From the NCBI GenBank assembly GCA_018303325.1, contig JAGVYH010000002.1, positions 17,246 to 81,245 on the forward strand: a stretch of 64,000 nucleotides of DNA, written 5' to 3'. How positions within the stretch are numbered: the stretch's first letter is position 1; each line of letters begins with the position of its first letter. This document shows positions 30,369 through 39,948 of this stretch, one piece after another. This DNA comes from Candidatus Woesearchaeota archaeon. Its GTDB lineage: Archaea > Nanobdellota > Nanobdellia > Woesearchaeales > DSVV01. The position numbers were made by a program, and so were the translations under genes. Below the pieces are notes generated by a model. The model searched no databases. It was not told where the DNA came from and saw only the letters and a program-made list of their open reading frames with translations.

Positions 30369-31853
30369 CTAAGAACTGGTTATTATTTTTGGATTATTTT
30401 TAATTATTTGAACTGCTTTTTTCATTGTTTTTTTAAGACCGTGTTTTTTTGTAGCATAATAAACCATTTTGAATTTTGTTTTGATATCTTCCATCATTCT
30501 TCTCGGATGCAACAATCTATATTTATTTATATCATTTCTTATATCATTTTCAAGCCGCCTTAATTTTTTGATAAATTCCTCATTATTAAAATCAGTACAA
30601 TTAAGGTATAAATCATTAACACCTTCTAACCCCATTAAATAATTTAATTCATCGCTTATTAATCCTTGCTCTTTTGCCCATTCATAAAGCTTTGTTCCTG
30701 GTAAAGGAGTAGTTACAGCAAATCCTGACGTTGGTTCAACATGAAGGCTTTTACAAAATTCTCTTGTTTCTTTTATTGAGTTTTCATCCTCACCAGGGTA
30801 TCCAAACATCATTTGCACTATTGGCTTCATTCCTGCATTTAATGTCTCTTGTATAGCATATTTATTTAATTCAACTGTGCTCTTTTTGTTCATATTATCT
30901 AATATTCTTTGGCTTCCTGATTCAATCCCATATCCTACATAAACACAACCCGCCTCTTTCATTTTCTTTAACAAAGAAGGAGTTATACAATTAACTCTGC
31001 CTTGGCACATCCAAGATATATTTAATGGTTTAATTTTGCCACATAACTCTAACATTCGGCTTTCACTAATCATTACCAATTCTTCTGCAAATTGTATCTG
31101 TGTGACATTGTACTTTTTTCTTAGTATACTAATTTCTTCGATTATCTTGTCTATTGATCTTAATCTTACACCATTAAAAGTTTTTGAGCAGAAATAACAA
31201 TTCCATGGACAGCCTCTTGCAGTTATTACATTCATACTGTTTGGATATTCTGGCTCAAAGAAAAAAGGGGTCTTTAAATATGATTCGATTGAAAATAAAT
31301 TCCATGCAGGCAATTCAATTGAATCTATGTCCTTGAGTTGAGTTTCATTAGTGGTTCGGATATATATCCCATTCTTCATAAAAGTAATGCCCTTTACGGT
31401 TTTTAGTTGTTCAAAATAGTTATCAGCATTACTCTTTTCTATTGTTTTAAGAATATTAGGCAGGATGATTTCTCCCTCCCCCATAACACAAATATCTACT
31501 TTTGTATTTTTTAACACAATTTCGCTGCTATGCATGGCCAATGCACCACCCAGAATAATCAAAGGGGAATTTGCTTTTGATTTAATATGCGTACTAATCC
31601 ACTTTACATATTTAAATTCTGGAGACATAGCAGAAATTCCAACACAATCAAAATTCTTTTTTTGTATAATTGATAAAACTTCTTCGTCAGTATACATCAT
31701 AACATCTATATCCAGTATATCTACTTGATAACCATCTTTAATAAGATGGGATGCGATATATGCTAATCCCAAAGGCAACCAAGCTGCATATCTTCGTTTA
31801 CCATTATATATCTGCGGTAGATGTATTAATAATATTTTTTTCATTTGAAACAC
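30369..31853 (-). CDS. B12-binding domain radical SAM protein
   Basis: B12-binding N-domain and ARGCPWNCYFC cluster. Confidence 0.85.
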   Translation of the reverse strand: MFQMKKILLIHLPQIYNGKRRYAAWLPLGLAYIASHLIKDGYQVDILDIDVMMYTDEEVLSIIQKKNFDCVGISAMSPEFKYVKWISTHIKSKANSPLIILGGALAMHSSEIVLKNTKVDICVMGEGEIILPNILKTIEKSNADNYFEQLKTVKGITFMKNGIYIRTTNETQLKDIDSIELPAWNLFSIESYLKTPFFFEPEYPNSMNVITARGCPWNCYFCSKTFNGVRLRSIDKIIEEISILRKKYNVTQIQFAEELVMISESRMLELCGKIKPLNISWMCQGRVNCITPSLLKKMKEAGCVYVGYGIESGSQRILDNMNKKSTVELNKYAIQETLNAGMKPIVQMMFGYPGEDENSIKETREFCKSLHVEPTSGFAVTTPLPGTKLYEWAKEQGLISDELNYLMGLEGVNDLYLNCTDFNNEEFIKKLRRLENDIRNDINKYRLLHPRRMMEDIKTKFKMVYYATKKHGLKKTMKKAVQIIKNNPKIITSS

Positions 31854-31855
31854 TC

Positions 31856-33139
31856 TTAAATACCAACAATTTTTTTGTGAAATTTAAGTATATTTATAAT
31901 TCTTTTGATATCATGATAATTCATATCTGAGTGTGTTGGCAGATTAATCATTTCTTTACTTATTTTATCTGCATTTGGGCAATTACCTTTATCATATCCA
32001 TAGAGACTCATATTTTCTTTAAGAGGATAAATTGGCGAGTCAAACCAGCAACCAACATCAACCTGATTTCTTCTAAATAAATTTATTAGTTTCTGCCTTT
32101 CTTTAAAACACAAAGCATATCTTAAATAAATATGTTTAACATTTTTTATAATGTGCGGTGTTTCAATATTCAACTTTTTCAATTCTTCATCTAATCTCAT
32201 CGCATTATTTATCCTAACTTTATTAAACAAATCAATCTTTTTTAACTGTTCAAGCCCAATTTTAGCAAATATATTATGCATTTTTATCATAAAACAGTTT
32301 GGTTTTTCAGCATTTAATTCATCTTTTGTGATAGTTGTGTTAAATAATCCTATCATTTTACATACAAGATCTATTAAATATATAAGAGGTAAACCAAAAA
32401 AATAAACGCTTTGATTAAGAAACAGGCGATACCTGATTATGTTTAATAAATGCCAAAAAACAAATAAGTTAGATGGTTTTTTACAGCATTGTTGTATTGC
32501 TTTCATCTTTTCAAAGTTTTTTTTGTCTTTTACTACAACTATGCCTCCTTGGCCAGTTGTAATATTTTTAGTATAATCAAAAGAGAAAAACCCAAAATCA
32601 AAAAAAGTGCCTACCTTTTTGCCTTTGTATTCTGCACCTAACGCTTGTGCACAATCTTCAATTACAGGGATATGATATAGGTCTGATACTTTTTTAATTT
32701 CATCAATTTCTGCTGGCTGCCCAAACAAATGATGAATAATTATTGCTTTAGTCTTAAAAGTTATTTTCTTTTTCATATCTGAAACAAGCGGATTAAACGT
32801 GTTGATACCAACATCATAATAAACTGGCTTAGCACCTGTATAAATTATTGCATTTGGAACCACAACACAAGTATAACCTGGAACTAAAACTTCATCACCT
32901 TGTTTTATTCCTAAACTTGTTAAAATGGCATATAATCCTATTCTGCCTTTTCCAAAGCTTAAAGAATACTTAACACCAAGATAGTTTGAAAATCTATTCT
33001 CAAATAGATTACAATAATCTTTTTTTTCTTCTTTGAATAATCCAATTATGGCTATTTTTATTTCATCCAAACCAATAGTTGGGTAAGGATTTATAGTGAT
33101 TTGTCGGATATATTTTCTAAGAAGATAAGTGAATATCAT
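31856..33139 (-). CDS. DegT family aminotransferase-like protein with internal hydrophobic insertion
   Basis: DegT N-terminal half (GDEVLVPGYTCVV...IEDCAQALGA), then a roughly 60-aa hydrophobic insert. Confidence 0.75.
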   Translation of the reverse strand: MIFTYLLRKYIRQITINPYPTIGLDEIKIAIIGLFKEEKKDYCNLFENRFSNYLGVKYSLSFGKGRIGLYAILTSLGIKQGDEVLVPGYTCVVVPNAIIYTGAKPVYYDVGINTFNPLVSDMKKKITFKTKAIIIHHLFGQPAEIDEIKKVSDLYHIPVIEDCAQALGAEYKGKKVGTFFDFGFFSFDYTKNITTGQGGIVVVKDKKNFEKMKAIQQCCKKPSNLFVFWHLLNIIRYRLFLNQSVYFFGLPLIYLIDLVCKMIGLFNTTITKDELNAEKPNCFMIKMHNIFAKIGLEQLKKIDLFNKVRINNAMRLDEELKKLNIETPHIIKNVKHIYLRYALCFKERQKLINLFRRNQVDVGCWFDSPIYPLKENMSLYGYDKGNCPNADKISKEMINLPTHSDMNYHDIKRIINILKFHKKIVGI

Positions 33140-33199
33140 ACAACCTCTGCTTTAAATAAGATTATAATTATTTAACTTCTACATTATTTCTTATTGAAA

Positions 33200-33730
33200 T
33201 TATTTATTCTTAATAATTTTCATCTCAAAAATTATTTGTTTATACATTTCGCCAAATATCATCCCAATATAGTTCCTGTACTTTTTTGGTATTAATTGAG
33301 CAATTAAATTATTTGGCACTAGTTCACGCTTTGTTATTTTATAAAGAATTGGTTTCATTCGTGATGTATGAACTCTATTCACATCTGAAAAAACACTAAA
33401 TGTATCTAAATGAAAAAACATTTTGTGGTATGGGTTAAATGCTGTTCTGCAATGATAATAAGGCACAATTATACTCCACACAGCATTAGGCTTAGAAATT
33501 CGATATAATTCCAAAATTATTTCTTCCCATTTGTCAAGTTCTTCAAACACCATATTCATTACAATGCAATCAAAAGTGTTATCTTGAAAAGGGTAAGGCA
33601 CCTCATTTAAATTATGAATTACATCTACACCTTCATGAAAATTAAAATCTAAATTAATCCATCCTTCTTTTATATCATTTCCACAACCCGCATTAAGCTT
33701 CATTATATTAGACCGGTTATTATTATTCAT
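33200..33730 (-). CDS. small class I SAM-dependent methyltransferase
   Basis: LNAGCGND motif I-like and DCIVMNMV motif. Confidence 0.7.
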   Translation of the reverse strand: MNNNNRSNIMKLNAGCGNDIKEGWINLDFNFHEGVDVIHNLNEVPYPFQDNTFDCIVMNMVFEELDKWEEIILELYRISKPNAVWSIIVPYYHCRTAFNPYHKMFFHLDTFSVFSDVNRVHTSRMKPILYKITKRELVPNNLIAQLIPKKYRNYIGMIFGEMYKQIIFEMKIIKNK

Positions 33731-33804
33731 GTTTATTCAGATTGTTCAATTAATTTTGTTAAATATGGTTATTTATTTGATTATATTTAATGATTAATTG
33801 ATTG

Positions 33805-33854
33805 TATACTAACATCACAAAACAATGTCGATTATTTTGCGCTTTTAGTATACA
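33805..33854. repeat. Family A-like degenerate single hairpin
   Basis: GTATACTAA...ATTATTTTGCGCTTTTAGTATAC. Confidence 0.4.
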
Positions 33855-34948
33855 TTAATAATAGAGAGGCAATTAGTTATTATTTCTATTTCTTTTTCTT
33901 TCAACTCAATATACGTCGGCAAATTAATCCCCTGCTCTGAAAGTTTTTTAGATATTGGAAAAGAGGAGTTATCTTTATAAGGGGACATTTCATTCAATGG
34001 ATAAAAAAATCTTCTTGTATCAATGCCTTTTTCTTTTAGTATATCTATCAAGTTATCCCTATTGACTGAAAACTTGTCATTTATCAAAATTGAATATAAC
34101 CAATCTACTTTCTTTGCCCATGGTTTGTTAGGCGGCAAAGTAATGTCTTTGACAGATTTTAATAAACGATTATAGGTTTCAGCAATAGCTCTTCTTTTTT
34201 CAATGAATTCATTTATTCGTTCTAATTGAGCCAAACCGACTGCTGCCTGAAGATTGGTCATACGATAATTGTAACCAATTACATCATGCCAATATCTTTT
34301 TTCTTTACTCATACCATGATCTTTTAATAATCGCATTTTTTCAGCTAATTGTTTATCGTTTGTGACACACATACCACCTTCTCCTGTCGTGATAATCTTA
34401 TTCCCATAAAAAGAAAAACAACCAATATCACCTATTGAGCCTACTTTTTTGCCTTTGTACTCTGCGCCATGTGCTTCAGCACAATCTTCAATGACAACTA
34501 AGTTATTTTCTTTGGCAATTTTCATGATTGAATCCATGTCACAAGGCATTCCATATAAATGTACAGGGATTATTGCCTTTGTTCTTTTAGTAATTTTTTT
34601 CTTTATTTCTTCTGAATCAATGCACCATGTATCTTCTTGGACATCTACAAGAACAGGCTTGGCACCAGTATAAATAACCACATTGGCTGTTGCTGCAAAA
34701 GTAAGATTAGGAACAATAACTTCATCACCTTTACCAATTCCTAATGCTAAAAGTGCAAGATGCAAGGCAACAGTTCCATTACTGCAAGAAACGCTGTGTT
34801 TCACACCACAAAAATCTGCAAATTTTTTTTCAAAAAGCTCAATAAATTTGCCTGATGATGAAATCCAGCCAGATGTAATGCATTCTGTCAAATATTTCAA
34901 TTCATTACCCTTTAAATTAGGTTTAGCAATTGGTATAAACTGCTCCAT
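33845..34948 (-). CDS. DegT family aminotransferase, GDP-perosamine synthase (Per)-like
   Basis: PLP aminotransferase immediately downstream of gmd in the same operon. Confidence 0.85.
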   Translation of the reverse strand: MEQFIPIAKPNLKGNELKYLTECITSGWISSSGKFIELFEKKFADFCGVKHSVSCSNGTVALHLALLALGIGKGDEVIVPNLTFAATANVVIYTGAKPVLVDVQEDTWCIDSEEIKKKITKRTKAIIPVHLYGMPCDMDSIMKIAKENNLVVIEDCAEAHGAEYKGKKVGSIGDIGCFSFYGNKIITTGEGGMCVTNDKQLAEKMRLLKDHGMSKEKRYWHDVIGYNYRMTNLQAAVGLAQLERINEFIEKRRAIAETYNRLLKSVKDITLPPNKPWAKKVDWLYSILINDKFSVNRDNLIDILKEKGIDTRRFFYPLNEMSPYKDNSSFPISKKLSEQGINLPTYIELKEKEIEIITNCLSIINVY

Positions 34949-35033
34949 TTTTATTATTGAATTTCATTAATTTTAACTAGCCAATTATTAGTCTATTACT
35001 TTATTGATAAGACAATTTGATTAATAATACAAG

Positions 35034-36092
35034 CTATAATCTTATTTTTTTTATATGTCTTTTAAGCACAGAAATTTCATTAGGATAATTCGGCGCATCC
35101 CATGGGAACAGCTCGCCTTTTGAAAACTTATCCCATCTTTCCATATCTGCTTTAATCATAATTTTAACTAATTCTTTAAACTTAACTTTTGGTTCCCATC
35201 CTATCTGTTCTTTTATCTTTCTTGCATCTCCTCTTAATAAATCAACGTCTTTTGGCCTCATAAATAATTTATCTGTCTTAACAAAATCTTTATAATTTAA
35301 GTTTGCAAGAGAAAATGCCTCTTCAGCAAACTCTTTGACTGAATGAGTTTCTCCTGTTGCGCAAACAAAATCATCTGGCTTGTCATGCTGAAGAATCATC
35401 CACATGGCTTCAACATATTCAGGAGCAAAACCCCAGTCCCGTTTTGCCTCTAAATTGCCAAGAACAAGCTCTTTTTGCAGATTATGTTTAATTCTTGCAA
35501 CGCCATTTGTTATTTTTCTTGTTACAAACTCAAGTCCTCTTAACGGCGATTCATGATTAAACAAAATTCCGTTTGAAGCAAAAAGGTTGTATGCCTCTCT
35601 GTAAATTCTTGTATTATGAAATGCAAGTAACTTTGCTGTTGCATAAGGTGAGTTTGGCTTAAATTGTGTTTTTTCTGTTTGGGGTGTTTCTTGTATTGTT
35701 CCGTACAACTCGCTTGTTGATGCTTGATATAACTTTATATCTTTTTTAAGATGCCTTATTATTTCCAAAAGCCTTGTTGCGCCGCTGCCATCTATCTCTG
35801 TTGTCAACAAAGGCTGGTCAAAACTGGCACCTACATAACTTTGCGCAGCAAGATTATATATTTCATCAGGCTCTGAAATGGTAACAGCTTCAAGCAAAGA
35901 AGCCATGTCTGCCATATCAGCAGGAACAAGTGTTATTTTATTTAGAAGATTAAGATACTGAAGCCTCCAAAAATTCGGTGTTGAACTTCTTCTGTATGTA
36001 CCATAAACTTTGTAGCCTTTCCTGAGAAGAAAGTCTGCAAGATATGCTCCGTCCTGTCCTGTGATGCCTGTGATTAATGCTTTTTTAGCCAT
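35034..36092 (-). CDS. gmd: GDP-mannose 4,6-dehydratase
   Basis: ALITGITGQDGAYLADFLL N-terminus and full-length Gmd signature. Confidence 0.9.
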   Translation of the reverse strand: MAKKALITGITGQDGAYLADFLLRKGYKVYGTYRRSSTPNFWRLQYLNLLNKITLVPADMADMASLLEAVTISEPDEIYNLAAQSYVGASFDQPLLTTEIDGSGATRLLEIIRHLKKDIKLYQASTSELYGTIQETPQTEKTQFKPNSPYATAKLLAFHNTRIYREAYNLFASNGILFNHESPLRGLEFVTRKITNGVARIKHNLQKELVLGNLEAKRDWGFAPEYVEAMWMILQHDKPDDFVCATGETHSVKEFAEEAFSLANLNYKDFVKTDKLFMRPKDVDLLRGDARKIKEQIGWEPKVKFKELVKIMIKADMERWDKFSKGELFPWDAPNYPNEISVLKRHIKKIRL

Positions 36093-36334
36093 ATCTATAA
36101 ACCCCTCATTTTAATAAAAGTAAGTAAATAATAATCTAATAATCTACACAAAGATAATAGCGATGAAATAGCTCGTTACTCTTTTTAAACTTTATGAATA
36201 ATATGTAATAAAACTTTATAAAGCAAAATTCACTCTTTTTTATTTTTGAATATATGATGCAATGAACTAATAAAAATTTAGAAGACGAACAAAGATAAAA
36301 AAGATATTACAAAGAGATTACGAAAAATAGAATT

Positions 36335-37525
36335 ATGAAAAAAGTTATTTTTTTTACAAATGGAATTACAGGGTTTGGCGGAGCAGAGAGGGTTCTGTTA
36401 GAGGCAGCTGCATATTTTCAGCAAAAGAAGGTTAAGTTAGTAATAATCACCTTTTTGCTTAATGAGAAAGTTGTTGAAAAGTATAAAGACAAGATTAAAT
36501 TTATTAATTTTGATACAACAAATTACTTCAAAAGAATAATTAGATTAAGAGATTTAATAAAAAAAATTAATCCTGATTTAATAATCGGCCAAAGCAGTTT
36601 GGACTGTTTATATCTTTACCTCTCAACAAAATTTACAAGATATAATTATATTAGTTATGTTCACGGCTCATTATTTTGGCTGGAAAATGAGAATTTAAAA
36701 TATGCATTGATTCACAAAAGTGTTTTTAACAAAATTAGGAATTCTGTTATTGGACATAAAGAGTTTGTTCAAAAAAAATCACCTTTGCCATTTTTCAAAA
36801 ACCTATTTTTTAATATTGTTGCATTTCTTGAGTATCTTGCAGTCAGAAAAGCAAAAGCAATAGTTGTATTGACAAAACAAATTCAATGGGAAGTGAAAAA
36901 GCTGTATAATAAGAATGCAATTATTATAAGAGGATGTATAGACAAGCAGTTATTATATTACAAACCAAAATTAGATATACGAAAAAGACACAGCTTGAAA
37001 AATAAAACAATCATACTTAATATTGGGCGCTTAGATCATAGAAAAAGGATTGATGTATTAATTAAATCGTTCTTTAATCTTTGCCCAAAATACAAAAATA
37101 TTGTTTTAATGATTGGCGGCAAGGGTCCTGATAAAGAAAGGTTAGACCAAATAATCAATGATGAAAAGTATAAAGCGTATAAAAACAGAGTAATCATGCT
37201 TGGTTTTGTTCCAGATAATGAATATTTTGATTATTTGGCAGGATGCGATATTTTTGCATTTCCAAGCTGGACAACATCTGGAATCCCAACATATGAAGCA
37301 TTAGCATTAGGCAAGAAAGTTATCTGGAGCAGTGAAGCAGAAGAGCCAGTGTTAACACATCCTAATGTTTATGTTGCTGAGCCTAATGTTGAAGAATTCA
37401 CAAAAGCAATAGAGAAAGCATTAAATTCAAAAATTTATCCAAAACCCAACTTAAAAGAGCATACTTGGGAAAGATATTTTGAAAAGTTGTACAATGTAGC
37501 AAGTAATGTTGTTAACAAGTGCTGA
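36335..37525 (+). CDS. GT4 family (GT-B) glycosyltransferase
   Basis: C-terminal glycos_transf_1 motif region. Confidence 0.8.
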   Translation: MKKVIFFTNGITGFGGAERVLLEAAAYFQQKKVKLVIITFLLNEKVVEKYKDKIKFINFDTTNYFKRIIRLRDLIKKINPDLIIGQSSLDCLYLYLSTKFTRYNYISYVHGSLFWLENENLKYALIHKSVFNKIRNSVIGHKEFVQKKSPLPFFKNLFFNIVAFLEYLAVRKAKAIVVLTKQIQWEVKKLYNKNAIIIRGCIDKQLLYYKPKLDIRKRHSLKNKTIILNIGRLDHRKRIDVLIKSFFNLCPKYKNIVLMIGGKGPDKERLDQIINDEKYKAYKNRVIMLGFVPDNEYFDYLAGCDIFAFPSWTTSGIPTYEALALGKKVIWSSEAEEPVLTHPNVYVAEPNVEEFTKAIEKALNSKIYPKPNLKEHTWERYFEKLYNVASNVVNKC

Positions 37526-37608
37526 ATTAATATTAAAAAGAGAAAATAGTCTGCATAGTTTAAACTTCTCAAACAAAAAATAATCAAAAAAGTTAAAAAA
37601 TAAAAAAA

Positions 37609-38802
37609 CTAAGTGTATTTACAACCATCTACATTAAGATTATTATAGATTATACCACACTTTCCATTTGGTAAACTGCCACCTGATGTACAATCTTGTG
37701 AATAATCATTAACCACTTCATTTGTACAAGGATTAATTGTTTGATTTATAACATAACTACCTGTCTTGCATTTTATAACTTTTTGTGGTGTACAATCTGA
37801 TGGAATCGTTTGACATTTACCGTCTGAATCGTAGCAGGTTGCGCCTGATGGACAGGTTGGTTCATAAGAGAGAGGATAACCCATCTTATCATAACCAACC
37901 CATTTATCATTAATTTTACAAATATACTTAGCATATTGATAAATCTCACTTGAATAATAATTTGTGCATGCGTACATTATATCACCCTCATTACAATTAA
38001 TAGTACATTTTGCTGAACCTGAACTTGAATCTGAACAAACGTAAGGTTCTTTTGTGTACCAATCTTTTGTAGTTGTACAATCTATATAATTATCCTTTAA
38101 CTCACCAGTACAACTATTTTTTGTCTGATTGTATAAAACATTACCTTGACATTCTGATTTAACAATTTCATTATTACAGCATCCAACATTGTCTTTACAG
38201 AGGGAATTATCATTCCATCCACAATATTTTTGATCATTGTTATTCAAATAAGTTGTGCAATCTGCATTTTGATATTCTTTTCTGTATTCGATATAATTAT
38301 ATTCATTCACACATTTGCCATTCCCTGTTGGACCTGGTTCGCATGTAACTGGGTTTGGTGGAACGCATGCACCATTTTCACAATGATAATTACCCATTAT
38401 TTTATTGCATGCGAATTTAGTCGATGTAATCTTCATTTTGCCACCAATAGCTGTGGTACATTTATATTCGATAAGATTTAATATACTAGCGCAATAATCT
38501 GTTTGAGACTGTGATTTATATGTAACTGTTGATGCTTTTTTATATTGTTCACTTACAGGACTAAAAGAACCATCAGGATCATTACATCCTAGTTTAGAAT
38601 ACGCTCCTCTAAACGCCTGTCCAGCCAATCCAACACTTTCGCTTGTTTCTCCTTCATCACTTGTTAGAACATCTTCTTCTGTTGTCCCGCTAAACCCACC
38701 ATAATTAGTCGTCATCACAACAATACCAACAACTGCCACGATTGCAACAATCGCAATTAAATACAAAGAATACTTTTTCACGTCTTTTTCCAAATTAATC
38801 AC
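37609..38802 (-). CDS. cysteine-rich extracellular protein with N-terminal signal anchor
   Basis: One N-terminal TM helix followed by 30 Cys in about 330 aa, rich in N/Y/T/K. Confidence 0.55.
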   Translation of the reverse strand: MINLEKDVKKYSLYLIAIVAIVAVVGIVVMTTNYGGFSGTTEEDVLTSDEGETSESVGLAGQAFRGAYSKLGCNDPDGSFSPVSEQYKKASTVTYKSQSQTDYCASILNLIEYKCTTAIGGKMKITSTKFACNKIMGNYHCENGACVPPNPVTCEPGPTGNGKCVNEYNYIEYRKEYQNADCTTYLNNNDQKYCGWNDNSLCKDNVGCCNNEIVKSECQGNVLYNQTKNSCTGELKDNYIDCTTTKDWYTKEPYVCSDSSSGSAKCTINCNEGDIMYACTNYYSSEIYQYAKYICKINDKWVGYDKMGYPLSYEPTCPSGATCYDSDGKCQTIPSDCTPQKVIKCKTGSYVINQTINPCTNEVVNDYSQDCTSGGSLPNGKCGIIYNNLNVDGCKYT

Positions 38803-38884
38803 CTTTTTTGTTTTAAATTGTTTAAAATTATCTATAGGAAATAACTTTAATTTTCGGATAAACTGAAATTAATATAAAGTTATA

Positions 38885-39040
38885 ATGTCGGACATAAATA
38901 CTTATACAAATAGTTATGTCCGATAAATATAGTAAGTGACACGATTTGTATAAAAATTTAGGTCACTTACTATATTTCCTAATAATCAAATCACTTTCTG
39001 TTAGTCCTAATGTTCCGATTATTAAAGTGATTTGATATAA
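38885..39040. repeat. cluster of three unique long-spacer dyad symmetries in a divergent promoter region
   Basis: TCGGACATA-n18-TATGTCCGA. AGTAAGTGAC-n21-GTCACTTACT. ATCAAATCACTTT-n26-AAAGTGATTTGAT. Confidence 0.55.
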
Positions 39041-39132
39041 TTTACTTATTTCTGAATGAAGTAATATATAAATGTTTTTTTTTGACGAGCTAACGTCGAC
39101 AACTTTTCTTCAAAATATTTATAAACCACACA

Positions 39133-39519
39133 ATGATAGTACTGCCAATGGAACAATCTGAAAAAGCTAAAAACAAAACATATATTGGATTATATGAAAA
39201 AGTAACATTAATGGGCAACAATACGCCAAACAAAGAAGTTATCGCTAAAATAGACACAGGTGCAACAAGGAGTTCTATTGATGTCAAACTTGCAGCAGGC
39301 TTGAAATTAGGGCCTGTATTGACATCAAGAATGATTAAGAGCGCGCAAGGCTCGACATTAAGACCGATTGTTGAAGGCGAAATTATTATCGCTGGAAAAC
39401 AATTAAAGGTTCATTTCACGATTGCCAACAGATCAAAAATGAAATATTCCATGCTGATTGGACAGGATGTTTTAAAAGAAGGTGAGTTTTTGATTGATCC
39501 GAGTAAGATATTAAATTAG
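39133..39519 (+). CDS. retropepsin-like aspartic peptidase (RimK-associated, DUF785-type)
   Basis: IDTGATRSSID catalytic DTG(A) motif. Adjacent to the RimK homologue. Confidence 0.7.
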   Translation: MIVLPMEQSEKAKNKTYIGLYEKVTLMGNNTPNKEVIAKIDTGATRSSIDVKLAAGLKLGPVLTSRMIKSAQGSTLRPIVEGEIIIAGKQLKVHFTIANRSKMKYSMLIGQDVLKEGEFLIDPSKILN

Positions 39520-39567
39520 GAAAAGGAGTATTTGTTTATCTGATATTATCTTTTTAGCATATAAAAC

Positions 39568-39756
39568 ACGTTTGTGGGACGCAGTCAATGTCATTAAGTT
39601 AAGCAATTCCAAACCACCAGACGCTTTAAATCATGGGCATCTGCTCAGATTTCCAGCAAGACATTATCGCGTCATTTTGTCGTACCTTCAGACCATCAAA
39701 CCATATCACCATCTTACCTTTTTTCGTGAACGTGTCCAATCAGGTAGGAACTAAAC
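39568..39756 (-). repeat. Family B MITE-like intergenic element, copy B1 (minus orientation)
   Basis: Minus strand starts with GTTTAGTTCC and ends with GACTGCGTCCCACAAAC. The 60-aa track ORF 39572-39754 lies wholly inside it. Confidence 0.65.
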
Positions 39757-39778
39757 AAATATAAAAAAAAGATATAAT

Positions 39779-39912
39779 TATACTAAAAGCACAAAATAAT
39801 CAAACATTATTTTGTGCTTTTGTATATACAAAAGCAATTAATTACAAACTGGGTATTATGCCCCGCAGCTTGCTGCGACACCCAGTTTGTAATTAATTGC
39901 TTTTAGTATATA
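39779..39912. repeat. Family A copy A2, with a 47-bp GC-rich nested hairpin inserted in the second hairpin loop
   Basis: Same two stems as A1. Insert is ACAAACTGGGT...GCAGCTTGCTGC...ACCCAGTTTGT. Confidence 0.7.
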
Positions 39913-39948
39913 ACAATAAAACAAAGAATAAATCGTGAATAAACAAAA

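Noticed and set aside
39572-39754. 60-aa ORF on the plus strand
   Set aside because: It lies entirely within the B1 repeat element, which is the reverse complement of the other B copies. It has no RBS, and its composition reflects the repeat, not coding.
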